Below are positions 19,465 through 29,878 of a DNA stretch of 37,171 nucleotides, in pieces (the stretch's first letter is position 1; every line of letters begins with the position of its first letter). The notes beneath the pieces are model-generated. The model was not told the DNA's origin, ran no database searches, and saw only the letters and a list, made by a program, of their open reading frames with translations. A program made the translations under genes and the position numbers. The stretch comes from an uncultured Vicinamibacteraceae bacterium. GTDB taxonomy: Bacteria > Acidobacteriota > Vicinamibacteria > Vicinamibacterales > UBA8438. The stretch is taken from assembly GCA_964591245.1 (NCBI GenBank), contig CAZPZZ010000004.1, positions 1,079-38,249 of the forward strand, given 5' to 3'.

Positions 19465-20477
19465 GCGACTTGACTAGTCTCCGGCGTATCCGAAACCAGT
19501 GGTTCAACGGGCTTGGTTGCATCGACCAATCCGCGTGCCAACACCATGAGGTCAAGACACTCGGAAAGGTCCGGCTGAAATTTTGCAAATTTAACGAGAT
19601 CGCAGCGGTCGAGCACTTGCCGGAACTGCGTCACAATACTGCTCTCGATCCCTTGATGACGCAATCCGGTTACCACCTCACCGGTTGTCATTTCCATGGC
19701 GTCCAGACCGAACCGCCCGTTCACATAGACGCGCATGATGTCCGATAGACGAATGTGGTACGTCTTGATGTTCCCAGCCTCGAGCAATCCAGACGCTTCC
19801 AGTGCATCCAACGATTCCCAGGCGACAAGATGCGCCGGGGGCTGCGGAATGACCCCTACGGGAACCTCCGATGGCGTTCGCTGGCGGCGGCGCCGATAGA
19901 ACCAAATCACCAAGAACGCGGCCACCGCGGCCATGATTAGCCAGGGGAGCAATCGCAGGACTTCGAACGGTATGGCCAACGGCCCTTTGATGTCGCGAAG
20001 CTCTCCACTTTCATCCCGACCGACACTCTCAACGGTGACCGCGGTACCCTCGGTGACGACTACAACCGAATCGCCGGTCGGCGAGGCGACCTCCAACTCC
20101 AGCGTCGGAAACGGCAGCACGCCGAGTTCAAACGCGGTGACCGCTAACTCCAGGCGGGAACGATTCAACTGTTCGTCCGCCTCCTCGCTCAACCGTACCT
20201 CTCCCAGCACCTCAAACGGCGCCAGATCAAGAGGCTCCGGAAACACCACCTCAGCGTCTGGGTCATGGGTCACCGTGATGACCACCGTGACCGGGTCTCC
20301 GATCTGGATAACCTCTGGCGTGATGGTCTGCTCAACCGTCGGGAGCACCACCTGGGCGACAGTTAATGAGGAGGTCAGCGCCAGGGTTGCAACCAGCACT
20401 ATTGCCACCAATCGCTGACACCGCATTGGCGCCTGCACGACGTCGCGGTCAAACCGGATCACGCCACCCATCTTCAT
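19461..20477 (-). CDS. Bat-operon conserved membrane protein (periplasmic Ig-like domain, TM helix, cytoplasmic helical domain)
   Basis: IGDPV, LRDIKGP + TM, AMEMTTGE, DLVKFAK; lies between DUF58 and batA with ATGA overlaps. Confidence 0.82.
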   Translation of the reverse strand: MKMGGVIRFDRDVVQAPMRCQRLVAIVLVATLALTSSLTVAQVVLPTVEQTITPEVIQIGDPVTVVITVTHDPDAEVVFPEPLDLAPFEVLGEVRLSEEADEQLNRSRLELAVTAFELGVLPFPTLELEVASPTGDSVVVVTEGTAVTVESVGRDESGELRDIKGPLAIPFEVLRLLPWLIMAAVAAFLVIWFYRRRRQRTPSEVPVGVIPQPPAHLVAWESLDALEASGLLEAGNIKTYHIRLSDIMRVYVNGRFGLDAMEMTTGEVVTGLRHQGIESSIVTQFRQVLDRCDLVKFAKFQPDLSECLDLMVLARGLVDATKPVEPLVSDTPETSQVA

Positions 20478-21348
20478 CGGAACCGTTTGGCTCGCTGCCG
20501 AAAAAAGCGCATCAGCCGATCCGCGTACGGACGGTCTGTCGTGATTTCGATGACATCGACGCCCGTTTTCCGGAACTCACGCTCACGTACTATCAGAGTC
20601 TCGGCAACATCTCGTTCGAATGCCGTTCGAAATCCAGGGTCTGACACATTGACAGTCACCTGCTCGCCGGTCTCGGCATCTTCAAGTTCGAGATACCCGA
20701 CCGGCGGAAGATGTTGCTCCCTCGGGTCACTCATCCGGATGACCACCGTATCGTGTCTACGACCGGCGACCGCCAGCGCCTTGCGGTAGCCGGTCGCCAG
20801 GAAATCAGATACGACAAAAACCACGGCGCGGCGCCGGACCACCCGGGCGAGATACTCGAGTGCACCGGCTACATCGGTACCGCGTCCTACTGGTCTGAAA
20901 TACAAGAGTTCGCGCAACACACGGAGTACGTGACGACGTCCTTTTCGAGGCGGTACAAACTTCTCGATACGGTCGCTGAAAATGATCAATCCCACCTTGT
21001 CATTATTGGTAATCGCAGAAAACGCGAGGACAGCGCAAATCTCAACCGCAACTTCCCCCTTCATGCGAGACGCAGAGCCGAAATCACCGGATGCACTCAC
21101 GTCCACCACCAGCATCACCGTGAGTTCCCGCTCTTCATCGAAAACCTTGACGAAGGGTGTGCCATTACGCGCCGTGACATTCCAATCGATATTGCGGATA
21201 TCGTCTCCGTAGTGATATTCCCGCACCTCGGCGAAATTCATGCCTCGCCCTTTGAATACCGAGTGGTACTCACCCGAGAACACCTCATTCACGAGCCCCC
21301 GTGTCGCAATCTCGACCCGGCGTATCTGTTTGAAAATCTCGTGTGGGA

Positions 21349-21352
<4 letters not shown>
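20474..21352 (-). CDS. DUF58 family protein
   Basis: FKGRGMNFAEVREYHYGDDIRNIDWNVTAR, EEREL, DVSAS, SDF. Confidence 0.93.
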
Positions 21353-22353
<1,001 letters not shown>

Positions 22354-22401
22354 CCTCTTGGGTCGGTGGGAGCACTCAGTGAGCCCCCTTCGAAACCTAG
22401 T

Positions 22402-22407
22402 ATTCTA
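22402..22407 (-). promoter_or_regulatory. Putative -10 (TAGAAT) of the moxR-bat operon
   Basis: Minus-strand GGTAGAATAC about 50 nt upstream of moxR. Confidence 0.4.
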
Positions 22408-22717
22408 CCTATTGAGCTGTCCCAGCGACGCAGGCCGTCAGGACGGCGCCGGCCCATTGCATACGGACGCCACGGACGACGATCCGTACACGGGTGGGAA
22501 CGCAACCACAGGTCTGTGCACCGAAAATGCCGGACCGGGTCCCACCGACATCAGACGAATGTCTCGGCCAGAAAGTCGGAAGAGATGTAAAGTCGTGAAG
22601 CTCCCGATGGTAGAGTGAAGTTTCCTCTACACACGCCGAGGCCTCTTCGGGCCTGCATCGATGGGGAACAAGCCCCAACTGCGGAGACGTTCGATGACGA
22701 TTGGGACATGCGACAGA

Positions 22718-24787
22718 ATGAGCCGGCTGGTCCTCCTCTTGGGAGCGATGACTTCCACAGCATCGGCCCAAACCGGTGGTCTGTATACGGTCGGCCAAGC
22801 GGACACTGGAGCACGCATATATTCACGCTACTGCGCCACCTGTCACATGGCCGATTTGAGCGGCGCGTTTGAGGCTCCCCAACTGGCTGGCGCCAGCTTT
22901 CAGGCCATCTGGAGCACGCGACCGACGAACGAGCTTCGAACCCTGATCCAAAATTCGATGCCCCCAGGCCAAGGCGGTGCGCTGGCCGACGACGAATACG
23001 ACGGGCTCGTCGCATACATACTTCAAGCCAACGGAGTTCCGCTCAGACCTGGGGATCAAGCAACACAGGCCTCGACGTCGCCTGCAGCACCGCCCCGCGA
23101 TGCGGAGCCGCCCACCGGAAGCACTGCGGACACAACTGTCACCTACCAGGCTCTCGACACGTTCCAGCCGGTGACAGACGCGGCCCTGCGCAACCCGGAT
23201 CCCGGTGATTGGCTGAACTATCGGCGTACGGACAATGCCTGGGGTTACAGCCCACTCGCTGAGATTACTCGCGAGAACGTGCATCAGTTGACCCTGGCCT
23301 GGGTGTGGGCAATGCCAGCCGGCAGTAACCAGCCTACGCCGCTGGTCTATGACGGCACCCTCTACCTTGCCAATCCGGGCAACCTCATCCAAGCGCTGGA
23401 TGCCTCGACTGGCACACTGCTCTGGGAGTATCGCCGGCCGCTACCAGACGGGCTGCAGACGGGATTGATTCGAAATCTCGCCATTTACGAAGGCCTGATT
23501 TACCTGGCGTCCCGCGACGCGTTCCTTGTAGCCCTCGATGCACGCACCGGAGCTGTCGTATGGGAAACTCAGATCGCCGACTATCGCCAGGGCTATTCCA
23601 ACTCCGCCGGGCCAATCGTGGCCGCAGGCAAAGTCATCAACGCGATCAACGGATGTGGTCGTTTTCAACCGGATAGCTGCTTCATCACAGCACACGACCC
23701 CTATACCGGCGAAGAACTGTGGCGAACGTTGACCATCGCAGGTCCCGGAAGTGTCGGTGGGGATACGTGGGGTGATCTATCACTGACGCTCCGTGGCGGA
23801 GGCGATTCATGGATCGCGGGAAGTTTCGATCCAGACCTCGGTCTGATCTATTGGCCGGTGGCCCAGGCCAAGCCGTGGGTCCCCGCCAGTCGTGGGCTCA
23901 CCGTACATGACGCCGCCTTGTATACGAATGCCACACTGGCCATCGACCCGGACGACGGGTCGATTCGCTGGTACTTCCAGCACGTACCTGGCGAGGCACT
24001 CGATCTCGATGAAGCCTTTGAAAAAGTTCTCATTGACGACGCACAAGGCCAGAAGGCGCTATTCACCATCGGCAAAAGCGGCGTACTCTGGAAGCTCGAC
24101 CGGGAGACCGGAGCATTTCTTGGGCACGTAGAAACGGTCTACCAAAACGTCTTCGATCGGATCGATCCAGTAACCGGTGCGGTCACCTATCGTCAGGACA
24201 TCGCGGAAGCGGGCATCGGCGACTGGGTATCCGTTTGCCCAAGCACGGCGGGTGGCCACAACTGGCAAGCCATGGCGTACAGCCCAGAGGCTCGGACACT
24301 CATCATCCCACTCAGCCAGAGCTGCCTGGAAATCGCCGGGCGTGAGGTGCCACTCATCCCTGGGTCAGGCGGCACCCAGGCCGATCGCAAGTGGTTCGAA
24401 ATGCCAGGAACAGGGGGAAACCTTGGCAAACTGGCCGCCTATGACATAGACACCCTCGAGGAAAAATGGAGTGTCGAGCAACGAGCGGCGCTGCTGACCG
24501 CTGTCCTCACGACAGCGGGTGAACTCGCGTTCGCCGGTGATGTGGATCGCTATTTCCGCGCGCTCGACACACATACCGGTGAGGTACTGTGGGAGACACG
24601 GCTTGGCACGTCCGCCCAGGGATTCCCGGTGAGTTTTCTCGCCGACGGCGAGCAATTCATCGCGGTCACGGCCGGCGTGGGCGGTGGGAGCCCCCGTCGT
24701 GTACCGATCCTGTTGAGCCCAGAGATTCACCACCCTGGCGTCGGCAACGCCTTATACGTCTTCAAGCTCGCTAACGCGCGGCGCTAG
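22718..24787 (+). CDS. Quinohemoprotein-type PQQ dehydrogenase with N-terminal cytochrome c
   Basis: Signal peptide; CATCH (22832-22846) plus axial NSMPP; Pro/Thr linker; [39 protein letters not shown]. Start could be 22691 or 22661. Confidence 0.9.
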   Translation: MSRLVLLLGAMTSTASAQTGGLYTVGQADTGARIYSRYCATCHMADLSGAFEAPQLAGASFQAIWSTRPTNELRTLIQNSMPPGQGGALADDEYDGLVAYILQANGVPLRPGDQATQASTSPAAPPRDAEPPTGSTADTTVTYQALDTFQPVTDAALRNPDPGDWLNYRRTDNAWGYSPLAEITRENVHQLTLAWVWAMPAGSNQPTPLVYDGTLYLANPGNLIQALDASTGTLLWEYRRPLPDGLQTGLIRNLAIYEGLIYLASRDAFLVALDARTGAVVWETQIADYRQGYSNSAGPIVAAGKVINAINGCGRFQPDSCFITAHDPYTGEELWRTLTIAGPGSVGGDTWGDLSLTLRGGGDSWIAGSFDPDLGLIYWPVAQAKPWVPASRGLTVHDAALYTNATLAIDPDDGSIRWYFQHVPGEALDLDEAFEKVLIDDAQGQKALFTIGKSGVLWKLDRETGAFLGHVETVYQNVFDRIDPVTGAVTYRQDIAEAGIGDWVSVCPSTAGGHNWQAMAYSPEARTLIIPLSQSCLEIAGREVPLIPGSGGTQADRKWFEMPGTGGNLGKLAAYDIDTLEEKWSVEQRAALLTAVLTTAGELAFAGDVDRYFRALDTHTGEVLWETRLGTSAQGFPVSFLADGEQFIAVTAGVGGGSPRRVPILLSPEIHHPGVGNALYVFKLANARR

Positions 24788-24865
24788 ACCCGGCACCTCA
24801 TCCGTGCACCAGTGACCACACCCTCGTCTCGAAGATACCGCGAGGCGTCTGGGCGTACCACATCG

Positions 24866-25843
24866 CTACTGGCCGCCTTCGCGGTGCGCATTGTAGCGTT
24901 CTGCCCGCTCAACCATCACGGCAGTCTCGGTCAAATCAAGCCGTCGCTGGGCGTCGAGGGGCCTCGGGCCCGCATCACTGCCGCCAATCCGACCATCGCG
25001 CGCCAACGATGTCATCGCGGCGTCCATGGCTCCGAGAGCAATCGCCCCCATGGCACCAACGAAGAGCACGCTCACCCCGTTATCGCGAGCGTCAGCCACC
25101 GATGAAGCACTGGTCAAGATCGGCCGGCCCGCCATCTCGACAGCCCGCCGGCACTGGTCTAGCGGAATACCAGGAATGAAGATCAGGTCGCCGCCTTCCT
25201 CCGCGTACAGTGCTACCCGCTCCATTGCTTCCTCAAGCTCACCGCCGTCGGCAACAACATCGCTCCGCACAAGAAGGACAAGGTCCTGGTCCCGCCGGGC
25301 ATCGACCGCCGCGTGCACCTTGTCCACCATCGCCGCGCGACTGAGAATCTTCCCCTCGTCGTAACCCGCGAGGTGTTTGGCGCCATAGAGGTCTTCGAAC
25401 ATGATGCACGCTGCGCCCGCCTTCTCCATCCGCTGGATCGTGCGGTACACGTTGAGTGGATTCCCGCCACCGTCATCCGAGTCGGCAATAATCGGCAGGT
25501 CAACGGCGTCCGACGTCCGGTTACAGAATTCGACAAGGTCATCCACCGTGATCATGCCGAAATCGCCCGTTCCATATTTGCTGAGCGAGAGCGCACTCCC
25601 ACCGGTCATCACCATCTCGAACCCGTGCATGGCTGCCAACTTGGCAGTCGCGACATCGCCGCAATTAATGCACCGGCTGGGTTCGCCACGGGCCAAAAAC
25701 TCCCGTAAGCGTGCCGCTGGAGTCTGCCCCGTCGATTGTGCAACCACAGGCGCTCCACCCGCCCAACGCTCCCCGATGAAACCGCCGGTCGCGAACCCGG
25801 CACCTTGCAGAAAACGCCGACGGCTTGGTCTGTCGTGCTGCAT
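24866..25843 (-). CDS. Isocitrate lyase/PEP mutase superfamily enzyme with twin-arginine signal
   Basis: TGGS, DFG, PIIADSDDGGG, AGAACIMFED, LVRSD, GGDLIFIPG; SRRRFLQG; start trimmed to ATG 25843 after GGAG. Confidence 0.85.
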   Translation of the reverse strand: MQHDRPSRRRFLQGAGFATGGFIGERWAGGAPVVAQSTGQTPAARLREFLARGEPSRCINCGDVATAKLAAMHGFEMVMTGGSALSLSKYGTGDFGMITVDDLVEFCNRTSDAVDLPIIADSDDGGGNPLNVYRTIQRMEKAGAACIMFEDLYGAKHLAGYDEGKILSRAAMVDKVHAAVDARRDQDLVLLVRSDVVADGGELEEAMERVALYAEEGGDLIFIPGIPLDQCRRAVEMAGRPILTSASSVADARDNGVSVLFVGAMGAIALGAMDAAMTSLARDGRIGGSDAGPRPLDAQRRLDLTETAVMVERAERYNAHREGGQ

Positions 25844-25887
25844 CGTGTCATCTCCCAAAGAACAAAAGTGCCGTTTCAAGTCCAAGT

Positions 25888-25893
25888 ATTTTA
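25888..25893 (-). promoter_or_regulatory. Putative -10 (TAAAAT) of the ICL/PEPM-family gene
   Basis: Minus-strand CCGTAAAAT 45 nt upstream of the start. Confidence 0.4.
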
Positions 25894-26013
25894 CGGCACC
25901 CGCCCCGACGAACAGACGACGGAGGCGGCAGCGGAGAGAACCAAACCACGCCGTTAGAGAATGGTCAGTCCCACTTCCTCTCGGCGGCGCAGCTTGATCG
26001 GAGAGACGAGCCG

Positions 26014-26019
26014 TATAAT
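26014..26019 (+). promoter_or_regulatory. Putative -10 (TATAAT) of the copper monooxygenase operon
   Basis: CCGTATAAT, back-to-back with the 25888 element; GAGGAGG RBS before ATG 26141. Confidence 0.45.
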
Positions 26020-26140
26020 GATCTGGAGTTCGTTCGTCGTTGGCAACTATCCTCGTCGCTGAGACCGGAGTGCTGTCAACCTCGCGCACAGGCGCCCCGA
26101 GGGGGGAATCTCGTGCGCCGATCCTGAGGAGGTACTAAGT

Positions 26141-27490
26141 ATGAGGCCGACCGGTAGCATCCGAGGCATGTTGGCTCTGACTTTGGTCACGATCGTCGCA
26201 CTGCTCGCGCCGTCAAACGCGGCATTGGCCCAAAGCGACGTGACTCCAACGTATTCAAAAGACGTCGCACCGATTTTTCGCGATAAGTGCGAGGCCTGTC
26301 ACCGCCCTGGTTACATCGCGCCCATGTCGCTGCAAACCTACGCAGAGTCACGGCCCTGGGCCCGCTCGATCAAGAACCGGGTCGAAACACGGCAAATGCC
26401 ACCTTGGCACATCGACAAGTTCGTGGGCATTCAGGAATTCGACAACGACCGCTCCCTGAGCGAGTCGGAAATCGAGACCATCTCGCGGTGGGTCGACGGC
26501 GGCGCTCCTCGGGGCAACCCTGCGGACATGCCTCCTCCCGCTGTCTTTGCCGATGATGACGTATGGAACTTTGCGGATCGCTTTGGCGGACCACCTGACC
26601 TCGTCGTCCATTCCACCCCATACACCATGCCGGCCCTCGCACAAGACCACTGGTGGAAACCGGAGGTTCCGACGGGCCTGAACGAAGACCGCTGGATTCG
26701 GGCCATCGAGATCAGACCGTCAACCGTAGCCGGACGTCGCATCACCCACCATGCGTTGGCGCGGTTGCAGCAGGAAGAAGATGAAGGCGCTCTCGGCGCG
26801 GCGTCAGACATCGGCCCAGGCTTGCTCATGGAGTGGGCCGTCGGTAAGCAGGGCGAGATCATGCGCGAGAACAGCGGAAAGTTGATCAAGAAAGACTCTT
26901 CCATCGTGTGGGATGTCCATTACTCGTCTGCCGGCGAGGAGATTACCGACACCGTTGAGCTCGGCCTCTACTTCTACCCCAAGGAACAGCCACCGAAATA
27001 TCGTCAGGTCTTATCGGCGTGGAGCTCTCTCGAAGGCGGCAGCGCAAACCTATCGATTACGCCAAACTCGATCACAGCAACCGAACGGTTCCACGTACTC
27101 CGCCAGAATGGCCGGCTTGAGAATTTCCAGCCACATATGCATCTGCGAGGCAAAGGCATGCAGATGACAGCAGTGTTTCCAGATGGCACGAGCCAAGTCT
27201 TGAGCCGTGTGAGTAACTTTAACTTCAACTGGCACAACAACTACGTCTATGCCGACGACGCGGCGCCGCTACTGCCCAAAGGAACGGTGGTCGCGGTGAA
27301 GTCCTGGTACGACAACACATCCGCCAACCGCGCTAACCCTGATCCCAACCAATGGGTGGGTTACGGAGACCGGACCGTGGATGAAATGGGACATGCATGG
27401 GTCAATGTCACCTACATGGATGACACCGACTTCGCCGCTGCAGTGGCGGAACGTGAGGCAAAGGCCGAGACGACCGAAGGTGACGAATAG
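26141..27490 (+). CDS. Secreted cytochrome c fused to a copper type II (PHM/DBH-like) monooxygenase
   Basis: Signal peptide; CEACH (aa50-54) + QMPPW; THH (203-204), VHY (260), PHMHLRGK (332/334), FNFNWH, DEM (416). Confidence 0.8.
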   Translation: MRPTGSIRGMLALTLVTIVALLAPSNAALAQSDVTPTYSKDVAPIFRDKCEACHRPGYIAPMSLQTYAESRPWARSIKNRVETRQMPPWHIDKFVGIQEFDNDRSLSESEIETISRWVDGGAPRGNPADMPPPAVFADDDVWNFADRFGGPPDLVVHSTPYTMPALAQDHWWKPEVPTGLNEDRWIRAIEIRPSTVAGRRITHHALARLQQEEDEGALGAASDIGPGLLMEWAVGKQGEIMRENSGKLIKKDSSIVWDVHYSSAGEEITDTVELGLYFYPKEQPPKYRQVLSAWSSLEGGSANLSITPNSITATERFHVLRQNGRLENFQPHMHLRGKGMQMTAVFPDGTSQVLSRVSNFNFNWHNNYVYADDAAPLLPKGTVVAVKSWYDNTSANRANPDPNQWVGYGDRTVDEMGHAWVNVTYMDDTDFAAAVAEREAKAETTEGDE

Positions 27491-27524
27491 CCATCACCCA
27501 GGATCCGATCATTGCCGTTACATA

Positions 27525-27558
27525 GCCTGAAACCGGGGCGCTTACCCCGGTTTCGGGT
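27525..27558 (+). other. Intercistronic stem-loop
   Basis: GCCTGAAACCGGGG-cgctta-CCCCGGTTTCGGGT, 14 bp including G-U pairs; no U tract. Confidence 0.65.
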
Positions 27559-27599
27559 CGTGGCCGATCGTGTGCTGTAGGGAAGAAGGAGACTGTTTT

Positions 27600-28433
27600 A
27601 TGTGGGTCTTTCGTGTGGCAGCATGGATTGTGGTGCTCTTGGTGGGCATTGCCGTTCTACCAGCCACGGCGCAAGTGCCAAAGACGCTCCAGGCATTTGG
27701 CGCGCCTGTATATCCAGCGTTTGAAGGCTGGTATCAGAATGCCGACGGGTCGGCCACGATTCTGATCGGCTATTTCAATTCCAATCAGACCCAAACCGTC
27801 GACTTACCCATCGGCGAATTGAACCGATTTTCCCCCGGCCCTGAAGATCGCGGCCAACCGACACGCTTTGAACCGGGTCGGTCATGGGGCGTGTTTAGTG
27901 TTGAGGTTCCGGGTGATTTCGATGGTCAGCTGAGTTGGACGCTTGTCGCCAACGAAAATCCAATTAACATTCCCTTCCACCTCGAAGCGCCGTACTTCGT
28001 GGAACCCTTCCGCGACGCATCGAACAACAACGAGCCGCCGACCATCAAGTTTGCTCCGGACGGCACCTCCTTCACCGGCCCGCCCGCAGGAATTGCCCAT
28101 ACCGCCACTGCGACCATTGGCACGCCAGTGGACGTAGGTATCTGGCTGACCGATGTAGTACCCGATACGAATGTACGCGAGAATCCTCGTCGGCGACGCC
28201 CCGCCATGAGCCTACGATGGTCAACGCTTCGTGGGCCTGGCCAGGTAGAGTTCGACGAATCAGTACAGGACTTTGAGGATGCATCGCCCCAGACGACCAT
28301 GACCACTGTTACATTCGACGTAGCAGGCGAATATTGGCTTCGGGCCGAGGCCCTGGACTCAACGGGTGAGGGAGGCAGCGGGTTCCAGTGCTGTTGGACG
28401 TCAGCAATCGTCAAGGTGGACGTCACCCCCTAG
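27600..28433 (+). CDS. Uncharacterised secreted protein with C-terminal Ig/PKD-like domain and CCW motif
   Basis: AAGGAG RBS then ATG 27600; signal peptide; VYPAFEGWYQNADGS, GQPTRFEPGR, WSTLRGPGQVEF, GEYWLRAEA, FQCCWT. Confidence 0.8.
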   Translation: MWVFRVAAWIVVLLVGIAVLPATAQVPKTLQAFGAPVYPAFEGWYQNADGSATILIGYFNSNQTQTVDLPIGELNRFSPGPEDRGQPTRFEPGRSWGVFSVEVPGDFDGQLSWTLVANENPINIPFHLEAPYFVEPFRDASNNNEPPTIKFAPDGTSFTGPPAGIAHTATATIGTPVDVGIWLTDVVPDTNVRENPRRRRPAMSLRWSTLRGPGQVEFDESVQDFEDASPQTTMTTVTFDVAGEYWLRAEALDSTGEGGSGFQCCWTSAIVKVDVTP

Positions 28434-28457
28434 ACTGAACTCTTTCCCTCACGATTC

Positions 28458-28505
28458 AGGAACAGGGGCACGGATCCTCACGGTCCAGTGCCCCTTTCCT
28501 CTTTA
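28458..28505 (+). terminator. Probable intrinsic terminator
   Basis: AGGGGCAC-GGATC-ctcac-GGTCC-a-GTGCCCCT followed by TTCCTCTTT. Confidence 0.65.
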
Positions 28506-28602
28506 TACCAGCCGCTCGGGCGACAGCCGCAACCGCTCAGGTGATACGAGCTTCCACAGTGTTACGGTGCCGCACTACGATTTCCGCGAAATCGTCAAGA
28601 GG

Positions 28603-28630
28603 GGAATATTTTCGGTCGAATCTGAGTCTA
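28603..28630 (+). promoter_or_regulatory. Putative autoregulated ECF promoter (GGAATA-N17-GTCTA)
   Basis: Resembles the RpoE-type GGAAC/GTC consensus; 75 nt upstream of the sigma gene. Confidence 0.55.
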
Positions 28631-28705
28631 CGAAGATAACGGCATTCGGAGCCCGTCGCCTCAAGCACGCGACACGTCCGCCGGACCGACATTGTCGTCC
28701 AGACC

Positions 28706-29353
28706 ATGGGCACTTATACTGCCGTCATCGTCGTGCCGCACGTAGATCAGGTGGACACTGGATCCCTCCGCCGCCAGCTGGATCCGGACCGAACGCTTGT
28801 CGAAGAAGCGCAAGCAGGAAGTCCCGATGCATTTGAAACGCTGGTGAGGCTCTATCAAGTCCGGATCGTAAACTACGTATCGGCTATCGTTAAAGATCTC
28901 GGCGAGGCGGAAGATGTCGCTCAAGAAACGTTCGTGCGCGCCTACAGGTCGCTCAAGCGTTTTCGGTACGAAAGTTCGTTCAAAACATGGCTCTACACCA
29001 TCGCGACGAATACGGCCCGCACCGCCCTTGAACGCCGCGGACGACGGGAACGAGTCCATGATCAGAGCCTCGACGACGCCGATCATCCGGTGAGTTCCAA
29101 CCATGTTCCGGCTGAAGGCCCAGACGCCGAGACGACACTCGTGACACGAGACGCTATAGACCGCGCATTGGCAACCCTCTCAGAGGAACTCCGGATTGCT
29201 GTGGTCTTACGTGATGTCGATGGCCTCGATTACAAGGAAATCGCCGCAGTCACTGGTGTCCCGATCGGAACCGTGGAATCTCGAATTTTTCGTGCAAGGC
29301 AACGGCTCCGCCCCTTGCTGAGCTCGGTGCATGTCGAGGCACGAAGACGTTGA
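28706..29353 (+). CDS. ECF RNA polymerase sigma factor (RpoE/SigW-like)
   Basis: AEDVAQETFVRAY, SSFKTWLYTIATN, LRDVDGLDYKEIA, GTVESRIFRAR. True start may be downstream. Confidence 0.93.
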   Translation: MGTYTAVIVVPHVDQVDTGSLRRQLDPDRTLVEEAQAGSPDAFETLVRLYQVRIVNYVSAIVKDLGEAEDVAQETFVRAYRSLKRFRYESSFKTWLYTIATNTARTALERRGRRERVHDQSLDDADHPVSSNHVPAEGPDAETTLVTRDAIDRALATLSEELRIAVVLRDVDGLDYKEIAAVTGVPIGTVESRIFRARQRLRPLLSSVHVEARRR

Positions 29354-29838
29354 AAGAAACCGTCATGCGCTGTGAAGATTATGAACGTTTGATAGTCCGC
29401 CACCCGGGGGCGCGGATCTCATCGGACGAGGAGCAACACCTGCAGCGCCATCTGAACGAATGCGGGGAGTGTCGAGAAGCGTTGGCGGCACAGCGACAGG
29501 TATCAGACATACTAGCTAGACGTTCGACGGCAATGGTCTCCCCTGACTTTGCGAACCGCGTCATGGCAGATCTCCCCGTCAATCCAGCATGGCTAGAACT
29601 CCTGAATTGGCAACGGTGGACATTCCGACTGGCCCCAGTGGCCGCGACACTCGTGCTGGTAGCAGTGCTCGGATTTGGCGAGACAGAAGCCACCCGGCCA
29701 CTGGAATTTTCCGATCTGGTCGTCGACTGGGTCGCGGATGACGGAACCGGTCCAGAAACGCCAGGGCTTGACCTGCTGTGGCAAGAAACGGACGTCGTCG
29801 AGACCTGGCTCGAAGTGGCGTTGACCACAAGTCCATGA
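29350..29838 (+). CDS. Zinc-binding membrane anti-sigma factor (ZAS/zf-HC2)
   Basis: HLNECGEC (HxxxCxxC), one TM helix; overlaps the sigma stop codon. Confidence 0.85.
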   Translation: MKETVMRCEDYERLIVRHPGARISSDEEQHLQRHLNECGECREALAAQRQVSDILARRSTAMVSPDFANRVMADLPVNPAWLELLNWQRWTFRLAPVAATLVLVAVLGFGETEATRPLEFSDLVVDWVADDGTGPETPGLDLLWQETDVVETWLEVALTTSP

Positions 29839-29878
29839 CCTCCGCGCGGGAACAAGGACATCTAGAGCAGAAGGGCAC

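Noticed and set aside
22354-22717. Long intergenic region as a possible ncRNA or riboswitch
   Set aside because: Only short hairpins and divergent -10-like boxes; no recognisable RNA family. An Rfam/Infernal scan would be needed to exclude one.
25844-26089. 82-codon N-terminal extension of the ICL/PEPM ORF (likewise extensions at 655-837, 5172-5474, 8157-8309)
   Set aside because: Better RBS and signal-peptide starts lie downstream; the extensions mostly cover promoter or intergenic regions.
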